Source: the human T2T-CHM13v2.0 reference genome, Homo sapiens. Taken from it: a stretch of DNA of 64,000 nt. Positions within the stretch are counted from its first letter, which is position 1; every line of letters starts with the position of its first letter. Of this stretch, positions 55,593 to 64,000 are shown in pieces. The DNA lies in the NCBI RefSeq assembly GCF_009914755.1, contig NC_060944.1; one strand, given 5' to 3'. The position numbers and the translations under genes are program-made. The notes beneath the pieces are model-generated. The model saw only the letters and a program-made list of their open reading frames with translations. It did not search any database and had not been told where the DNA came from.

Positions 55593-56139
55593 AAACACAG
55601 AAAGATAGAACACTTAACCCTTCCTGAAGGAGGTGAACTTTCCTGGAAGACATGAACCCTAAAGGTTGCACAAACTTTAGGCAAAAAAAAAAAAAAAAAA
55701 AATCCATGTTTGGTGTGGGAGGTGGTAGTGAGGCATTCCTAATATTACCAAAAGCAAGAAGGCATTCCTAGTATTACCATAAGCATGGCTTATGGGAAAA
55801 CGGCCACTTTCCTGTAGACAGGGGCAGATATGAGCCATGGCTACAAGGGTTGTCAGCGTCCGATCATAGTGAAACCTGCTCACGGGCTGTATTGTTGAAA
55901 TCCCTAGGTGGAAACATTACAGTCGGAGGCAAGTTACAGTCATGAGCATTTTTCATTGTGGGTAATCATAATTTTTGAGGATTCCACATTTTAATAATTT
56001 CCCGCAGTGCAATTCCTGCCTTTACAATGTACAATATACATATATCTTTTCTTATTGTTAAGGAATTTATTTATGATTTAGGCTCACCAATCAAACTCTG
56101 AGAAATTTGATTTTGGATATTAATTCCACGAGAAAATAA

Positions 56140-56396
56140 TCAGGGCATGCAGTATTCACTTTGGTGATCTGGAAGATTGAAGAGGCTGTGGGATTCTGTG
56201 ATTGGGAGTGGGAGAAGCAGCTTTCTGATCGCAGAAAGGGTAGCATGATGTGTGGTTCTGTTAGTTTCTCTTGGAAGTTTAGCTAAGAGCCTATTCCTCA
56301 TGGTCTTCCAAAAATTCTCTTCCATGTGTTAGTTTTTTTTCTGCCTAACCATCTTGAATGAATTCTGTTCTTTGTAACCAAACACTCTGGCAGATG
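56140..56396 (+). mobile_element. Old ERVL LTR fragment (LTR33/LTR16-like)
   Basis: 3' end AATTCTGTTCTTTGTAACCAAACACTCTG. Confidence 0.45.
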
Positions 56397-57199
56397 CTTA
56401 ACCCTACACCTCGCTTCCTCATATACAAATTATATTAATTATAAGAGTACTTATCACAGAAATAATGTAAGATATTAACAGAATAATTCATTAGTTGTAA
56501 GACAACCAAATTCTTTCACACCACAACTAGGCTTTTTAGTGGGAAATATACCTAATTTGTTTTCTTTATAACTGATTTTCTGTCTGTCCAAATCCCCAAA
56601 ACGAAGTGTATAATTTTATATGAATATTTAAATGGCCTATTTAGCAAATAAACTTTTGTTTGGCTCAGATCACTTCATCTCTTAATTAACCTCAGCCTCT
56701 TCTGGCTTCTTGCTCTAAGATTTTATACAGGTTTAGAGAGTGGGAACGTGTGTGTACTTGACAAATTAAGTGAAGAAGTAGCTGAACTCTTCTTGGTTGT
56801 GTGCCAGCCAACGTCTGACAGCCTTAGGCTGGTGGCCTCTGACTATTGTATAATCTTCTGGAATCTGATGCAGAAGTCTTCTGCCAGTGACTTCTTGAAC
56901 TTGACTTGGGCGGCCTTCCCAATGGCACTCTATGGATGTCATAACCTGCTTGATACCCTGCTGGCTGCAGACCCTTCCTTCTCTTGCCATGTTCTTTAGC
57001 CTGACAGGTGGTTGGCATATTTTACTTCAGCCTCTTTGCTTGGGTTACCCTGCTTGCCTTTTAATAGTTCCATTATATGAGAATTGGAGTCTGCTTGGAA
57101 AATTTATACCTCACAGTATTGTTAATGCCTGGCTGAGGCACTTTTGAAGTGGTGGTGCCAGCTTGGTGTGGAGAAGCTTATCAGGTGGCTTCTATCAGA

Positions 57200-57372
57200 G
57201 CCACATTTAAGGCAGTGGGCACAAAGCATTTTTTTCTTTCCCAGTGGGCTTAGCCACATGACTTTCTTGGCCAAAGGTATGTGGGTGGAAGTAACAGTGC
57301 CAATCTGAAGCTGCAGCTTTGAGTCCTACCACATTTCCATTTGCCTTTTTGAGTTCCCGTGCATGCTCATAA
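57200..57372 (+). mobile_element. MLT1I/J-like LTR fragment
   Basis: GCCACATGACTTTCTTGGCCAAAGGTATGTGGGTGGAAGTAACAGTGCCA. Confidence 0.65.
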
Positions 57373-58224
57373 GTTATTTGCTATCATTGTTAAATCGTAT
57401 TATGCTAGGCAATGGGATGGCCATATGGGGATTTTAAATAATCCTGTGGTAGTTTAGTAAACTATGGATTTGAGTGGTGTTAGCTTTAAAATGGAGATGG
57501 TCTTATCTGATCTGGGTGAGACAGGAGAAGGTGGTGCTCATCTGGGGGTGCACCTCTCCTTTTTCCCTGCTCCTTCCGCACCATGGATGAAAGACGGCTA
57601 TGATTTTGTATGGTGTTAGACACATGTTTCCAGATGGTTATATGGAGAGATTTTGAAGACCAATTATGTAACTCAGGTTTGTGAAATGACCCTATGGCGT
57701 TTCTAGCCACTTTTTTTCTGTTTGTTTTTATAAATTCAATTTTATTTACCTACTATTAAATAGAGACAATTTAAGGTTATAAAATAATCAAGGAAACAAG
57801 TAAGATGGCAATGGAAAATGTGCTGAGTCTTGGAAAGTTACTAAATACTAACATAAGGTTGATTTTTTACATTATAAAGTTAAATTATATTTATTTATTT
57901 TGGGCAGAGTTTTGAACTGCTTTGATAAATGGTAAGAGCTTACTCTATATGCTACTGACTTGGCTAAATTCTGAATCCCAAATCCTGAAATTACCATACA
58001 GTGGAGTCATATATTTAGGCGGGTCTCTAAAGCAGTGACTTTTTAAGATAACTGAAGAGTTATATTTATTACCAGTAATGTTCCCTTTATTTATATCCTA
58101 ACTTTTACAGCCTAATATTCTTATGTAATTTGTGTGTGTGTTATATTTCCTCTAACATCTCTCTTTAACACTCTGTCAATGAACGTAAACAGGGAGAGTT
58201 CTAGGAAAAATTGAAATGGCAAAA

Positions 58225-58440
58225 ACAAGCATTTATTGAATGCCTACTATATGCCAGATGCTAAGATGGATCATTTCCTTTTAGCCATACAACCACACAA
58301 ATGTATAGGTAACAATATTACCCCATTTTTAAATTGAGGAAACTGAATTTCAGAAGTAACTTACCCACAACCACAGATGAGTTGGTGGGTGAGATATGAT
58401 TGGACTCCAGTTCATGCATGCAATATTTACTGTGTGCCTT
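58225..58440 (-). mobile_element. MIR
   Basis: CATTTATTGAATGCCTACTATATGCCAG...CCCCATTTT...GAGGAAACTGA. Confidence 0.8.
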
Positions 58441-60142
58441 TTAAAACTCCAGTCTGCAGATCCCTCCACTAATTTCATGGATTCCTTCTTCTTCCCAAAT
58501 GAACGAAAAATATGTTATTGCTCAGTGGATCCCAGGCTTCTGTGTAAAGAAGAACCACCTTTAGGCATATTGTTCAAAGATTTCATTTCCCAGATTTTAC
58601 GTAAAGAGACTTAGGCTCCTTAATCCTTCCTCTGCATGTCCAGAATCTGCATTTTTAAAGATCCCATAAGGGGCCACACATGCACTTTTGGAGAGACACA
58701 ACTATAGAGTTTAGGACAGAGTACACATTCAGAAATATTTGCTGAATGAATGAACAATGGGCAAACAACTTACCTAATATGTAATCTCTATCAAATAAAC
58801 CACAGTTCTCAAAACACCCAGAATCTGAATTTCAACTTGAGCTCATTTCACATACCTCGCTAAATTAAAGGAGGCGGGGAGCTCTCAGCAGGTGAAATAG
58901 GTGTAACTGCCAACCACATCACTGATTCTGTTGATTCCATCCCATAGCCCTATCCTGGGGCTTAACCCATCCTGTTCCTTAGGGGTCCTATGTGTTCCTG
59001 AGCCCTTCATGCATCCTTTTCATGATTTCCACTCAAACATTCCTCCTTACAGAGCCCTTAATTGACTCTTCCTTAACAACTTTTATCATTTTATAATTAC
59101 TCTGCCTTATTTGATTCCTGCCATCATATTAACTACTTTTTGAATGAACAAACTATGGTTTTATACCTTATCAGTCTCTCTTTCTCTAGAATGAGGGCTT
59201 CACAAAGTCAGGTAGCTCTCTCTTACTTTAAATCTAAAGAGACTAATTCAGTGTCTGGTATCTGGCAGGGCTTCTGTGAATAACTGGTAAGTGAATGGAT
59301 CAACATGTTTGAATCAAGGAACTCTATGCATTTATACTATATCAGGACACATAGGAGAAAAGTTAACAATTAAACAACTGATTAGCTGTCATTCTGACTA
59401 TTTTATGAGGCTCAAGTCTTGTGTGAATTTAGTGTGAACTTTTTTCATCATTTTTCAAATGTCTTCTCAAAATAGACCCTATCACATACCAGGGATCCAA
59501 GTAATGCTTTTACCATAGTTTGGGAATCAGTTTTGAAATCAAGTTTTCTCCGAACAATGTCAACTTCACCAGTGGTAAATGTCAGCTGCGGGAGCAGCTG
59601 AAAGAAGAAAATGAGAGATTGAACAGGGTTCAGCTCAAATCTTCCATTATTCCAGGTGTCTAATAGCTGTCTCTTTGTTTATATAAATCTAAACAGATAG
59701 TGTGTGATGATAGTTTTAGGGAAGGCTCCCAGACATGGAGAAACAGGCTGTCAACATGATGAAACAGGCAGTAGACTAATTTTGGGGAAAAAAGTAAAAT
59801 AAAATGCTATATTATGAAGTAAATTCTTTGCAATCTTTTGAGCAGCTAATACCAGGAAAGAGAAAAAATAGAAGCAGGCAACTCACAAGTGTTACAGTAT
59901 TTGCCAAAGAAAATTTTCTTTAATTTATGTCACTTACATAACTACAGGTATAGTAAAGATTTAATGTATCTTTGAAGTGTTTAAACGCCCACAACAGCAA
60001 TGTAACAGCTGCCGTTAGAGATTTGTCTCCAACATCAGACTAGAAGGTACATTGTCACTACAGAAGAGCATCAGTGACAGTAGTATTGTTCTCTCTCTTT
60101 TCTTTCTTTTCATCCTTGGTTTCATTCTCTTCTTTTTCTCCT

Positions 60143-60310
60143 TTCCCTTCCCTTCCCTTCCCTTCCCTTCCCTTCCCTTCCCTTCCCTTCCCTTCCCTTC
60201 CCTTCCCTTCCCTTCCCTTCCCTCCCCTTCCCTTCCCTCCCCTTCCCTCCTCCTTTCCTCCTTTCCTCCCTTCCTTCCTTCCTCCCTCCCTCCCTCCCTC
60301 CCTCCCTTCT
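60143..60310. repeat. (CCTTC)n / (CCCT)n polypyrimidine microsatellite
   Basis: Seen directly in the sequence. Confidence 0.95.
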
Positions 60311-60869
60311 GTCTTTTCTTAAAGAAGACTACATTATTTGGGATGCTGAACTTCCACTACCTTACCACTACCTTAACATAGCCAGCAAAACTCTCTGGGT
60401 GTTAAAATGCCACACTGAAGACATACGGAGAAGAGGGCATTGCCTTCAAGCCAGCAACAATTAATTCCTTCATTAGTTTGAGTGTAGCTTTCCATTGGTC
60501 TGCTATATTTCATAAAACTGCACTGTTTAAGATGATAAGCAAGGTGCTCATCAGCACTTTTGGAAAGAGGAAGAAACCAACCGTATGCAGATCAGTTTGA
60601 AAATGATGAAAAATTTTTATCCCTGTCTTCTTCCTCTACTTTGACCTCATTAGAGTGGGAAAAATGAAGTGGAAAACTCATTAGACTGTGAAGAAATGAG
60701 GCCTGGGTTTTCTTCTGTTTTGTGGCCTTGAAGAACTTAGTAAACTTTTGGGGCCTCAGTTGCATAATTTGTAACATAATAGAGGCTTGGGATTCCAGCA
60801 CATAAGAATGTTCTCCTTTGAAAAATGATTTATTTCTGGTCCTTTGATAGATATGGTTAACAAAAGCTG

Positions 60870-61080
60870 TAATAATTGAACTTTATATGCCAACCACAAT
60901 TCTATGCGTTTACCATCTATCAACACTCTTACTTACTTCTCATAACACACTTGGTTAGACATATGCTAATATTGCCATCATTTTCTAGCTGAGAAAATGT
61001 GAGGATTAAAGAGGTTAAGTAATCCATCCGAGATTTCTTAATTCTGGCCTGCTCCCAGATTTGAACCACGGCAATCTAGA
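60870..61080 (-). mobile_element. MIR
   Basis: TGAGAAAATGTGAGG...AGAGGTTAAGTAA...GATTTGAACC. Confidence 0.7.
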
Positions 61081-61129
61081 AATAAATATCATCCTATCAC
61101 TTTTCAAGGAATTGAGTTTCTATAACCTC

Positions 61130-61710
61130 ACATTTGGTATCAGTTTTAAGCTTCTCCACTTAACAACGGTTTAAGTCTCAGTAAGTTACTGGTTGTGCCT
61201 CAGTTTCTTCTTCTGTAAAAGAGATTGGCACAGTGCTTTCCTCAAGGCTGTTTGGAGGAATTCAATTATCTTATATTATTATATTAGTCAGGACAGGCTG
61301 GGTTATGCTTCAGTAACATTTGAGTGTTCAAACTTTAGTGGTTTAAGACAACAAAGATTTATTTGTCACTATGTCTCATGTTTAATACAGTTGGCAGAGC
61401 TTCTGCCCCATATAATAACTCACAGGCTTGGGCTGATTAAGGCTCTCACAGCTGAAGAGTCCCCTGCACGTAGGGAAAAAGAAAGCAACTGGAGAGCTGC
61501 CTATATTCACTGTCTAGTCTGATGTGACCCACATCACAGCTGTTGGCCAGAACTAGTCATGTGGCTTTGCCCAACTGTCATCAAGTTAGCAGGTGCAGGG
61601 GAACAAATAAGAGAGTGGGCGGTCATTGCTCTCTGTGCCAAAAATGTGAAGGTCTTTCATAAGATTCCTGACATGTGGCTACCACTCAATAAGTGGTTAT
61701 TACTGCCATT
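61130..61710 (+). mobile_element. MIR split by an antisense MLT1K/L-like LTR (~61280-61640)
   Basis: TGTGCCTCAGTTTCTTCTTCTGTAAAA; insert starts TATTAGTCAGGACAGGCTGGGTTATGCT; MIR resumes at CTCAATAAGTGGTTATTA. Confidence 0.7.
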
Positions 61711-62614
61711 ATCAGACGAATCACAATAAAAGCATGAGTGAGATATTGTTACCTATTGTTAGGCATTGCAAAATGATGTTAAAATTGAAAGCATTCAATA
61801 CCATGACTTTTCAAGAGGTGTTGAAATGTAGAGATTAACAGAAATGCCAGATGATGGCTTTTTTGAACCCTAAAGATAAAGTATTAATTCTTCCTAAGTC
61901 ACAGGTCAATCTGGAATCATTGCATACATGGTTAATTCACTATTCTTTAGCTTTTCTTCCTGAGCTCTTTCTGTGTTACACTCACCTGTCCATAAACAAC
62001 AAAAAGTTGAGTATTGTCAAAGGAACAACTTGCTCATCCCATTGGCTGATTGAACATAAATTATCTTCATCCTTTTATGCCTCTTCAGCTCATTTATAAG
62101 GTATTGCCCTTTATTATGACAGATTTTATGATATTTTGTGATGACCAGCCATGAAGAGAAAAAGGTTTAATGCACTGACATCTAATTTTATTTTCTCTGG
62201 TACCTATTCATTTTTTAGAAGCATTTGACTTTGTGCCAGTTTAAGCAAGAAACTTTAAAAAGGAGATGATGACAGGGTTGGGAATTAAACCTTTAAATCA
62301 GAACAGGATTGGAAAGACAAATCACAAAGAGATTTCAGTCATTTAGCTTCCCTCCTAGCATGTTAATAAGTGGTACTCACAAAATAAAAAAAAGCACCAT
62401 ACCAGCCTGTTCTCTGTAAAATGTAGGTGTAGTATGTGCCATTTCTAGGCTGGACGATGAGTTATTAACACCAACCCAAACTAAGGGGAGGGTGAAAACA
62501 TACACTGAGCACTTAATATATCCAAATCCCATAATTGATATTTTATTTACATTGTCTCACTTTACCTTCAATAAATACTGCAAAATTGCTATAATTTTTT
62601 TAGTATTAAAATGT

Positions 62615-62857
62615 GAAAAATAAACTTACAGTTAGAATGAACAAGTTCTGTGGACCTATTGTTCAGCATGGTAATGCTAGTTAATGATAATATCTTGTAA
62701 ACTTTAAAGTTGCTAACACAGTAGATCTTTAATGTTCTCACCACAAAAAAAGATAAGTATGTGAGGTGGTAGATATATTTATTCATTTGAATTAATTTTT
62801 TCAAACTGCATACATACATCAAAGCATCACATTGTACACCATAAATATAAATCATTT
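62615..62857 (+). mobile_element. L1MA9/MB-type 3' end
   Basis: AAGTTCTGTGGACCTATTGTTCAGCATGG...GTAGATCTTTAATGTTCTCACCAC...CATCACATTGTACACC. Confidence 0.85.
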
Positions 62858-63194
<337 letters not shown>

Positions 63195-63399
63195 TATTTG
63201 TGTATATACACGTATATGTGTGTGTGTGTGTGTGTATATATATAAAGGTATACATATATAAAGGTATATATAAAGATATATATATATATAAAGGTATATA
63301 TATATATACACACTATTTTGTCAATTACATCTTAAAGCTTGGAGATTTTTTGAATATATACAATAGAAACTGGAAGAAGAAGGAGGTAAATTTAAGCTT

Positions 63400-63800
63400 G
63401 CTTCACACTTTGGCTTTCTTTTTACAAAGCAAAATACCTGTTTGCTTGTCCTTTGCACCTGCAGTTTCCTCCGGTTGAATGGTCTTTTCCCAGATTTTTG
63501 CATGGCTGTCTTCATCTTATCATTTGTCTCAACAAAAATTTCTTGGGGTTAAGGAGGGATCTTCCCTATGGAAAGTTTCTTCCAACTCCCAACCCTTGAT
63601 TCTCTCCTGCATCATCCTGGATTTGTTATGTTTGTACACATTTCATAAGAAAGTAGTTCACTGTTTATATGCTCATTGCTTATTTTGTCTTTCTAATTAT
63701 GCCAAGTTTATCAGGGCAAGGGCCTTGTATATCTTATTTGTGACCTTATCTCCAGTGCTTAGAAGAATCTCTGGCAAAGAGTAATTGCTCAGTGAGTACT
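63400..63800 (-). mobile_element. L2 3' fragment
   Basis: CCTTTGCACCTGCAGTTTCCTCC...AGGGCAAGGGCCTTG...ATCTCCAGTGCTTAGAAG...GCTCAGTGAG. Confidence 0.7.
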
Positions 63801-64000
63801 TTTTAAGGTTTATCAATATAGTTTTTAGCCAGAGACACTGAAACTCGAAAAAGAGAAGTCACTTGCTCAAGATCACATGTCATGAAAATGGCAGCGCTGG
63901 GTCTAAAACCCAGGCAGTAGCTCTAATAGGTGACAGAGAGAGCAATTACCTTTTTGTCACTCACTCTTCGAAGTGCTTCAGATGTATTAACTCATTAATT

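Noticed and set aside
56700-57150. Overlapping ORFs suggesting a processed pseudogene or exon
   Set aside because: No recognisable protein in any frame and no poly(A) or TSD. It may be unique regulatory DNA or decayed ERVL/MaLR internal sequence, which I cannot resolve.
57572-57592. RE1-like TTCCGCACCATGGATGAA
   Set aside because: The right half-site (GGACAGCGCC) is largely absent.

Overview
This is AT-rich primate genomic DNA, most likely human or another great ape, judging from the AluY/Ya-lineage, L1PA, THE1, MER4 and LTR15 elements. I find no credible protein-coding exon, RNA gene or CpG island. The listed ORFs I could trace derive from Alus, (TA)n/(CA)n tracts, LTRs or L1 UTRs. The window is dominated by transposable elements: about 16 Alus, many L1/L2/MIR relics, DNA transposons (MER5A, MER1A, MER20, Tigger1, Zaphod-like) and many solo LTRs in both orientations, which suggests intergenic or lncRNA territory. 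I cannot name the locus, and I see no convincing new biological system. The most notable items are: (1) a five-level nested TE stack at ~19.0-25.7 kb; (2) two young AluYa-lineage insertions, one nested in an older AluY tail; (3) an LTR15 inserted inside an Alu; (4) an LTR18B-like LTR carrying a tRNA-Ser PBS remnant inside its 3' end; (5) apparent reuse of one L1 endonuclease site by an L1PA and an Alu; (6) a 58-bp perfect AT-rich palindrome and fold-back hairpins inside old TEs; (7) several TE-free, motif-dense islands that may be enhancers. Repeat family names come from recalled consensus sequences, not from a database search, and boundaries of old elements are approximate.
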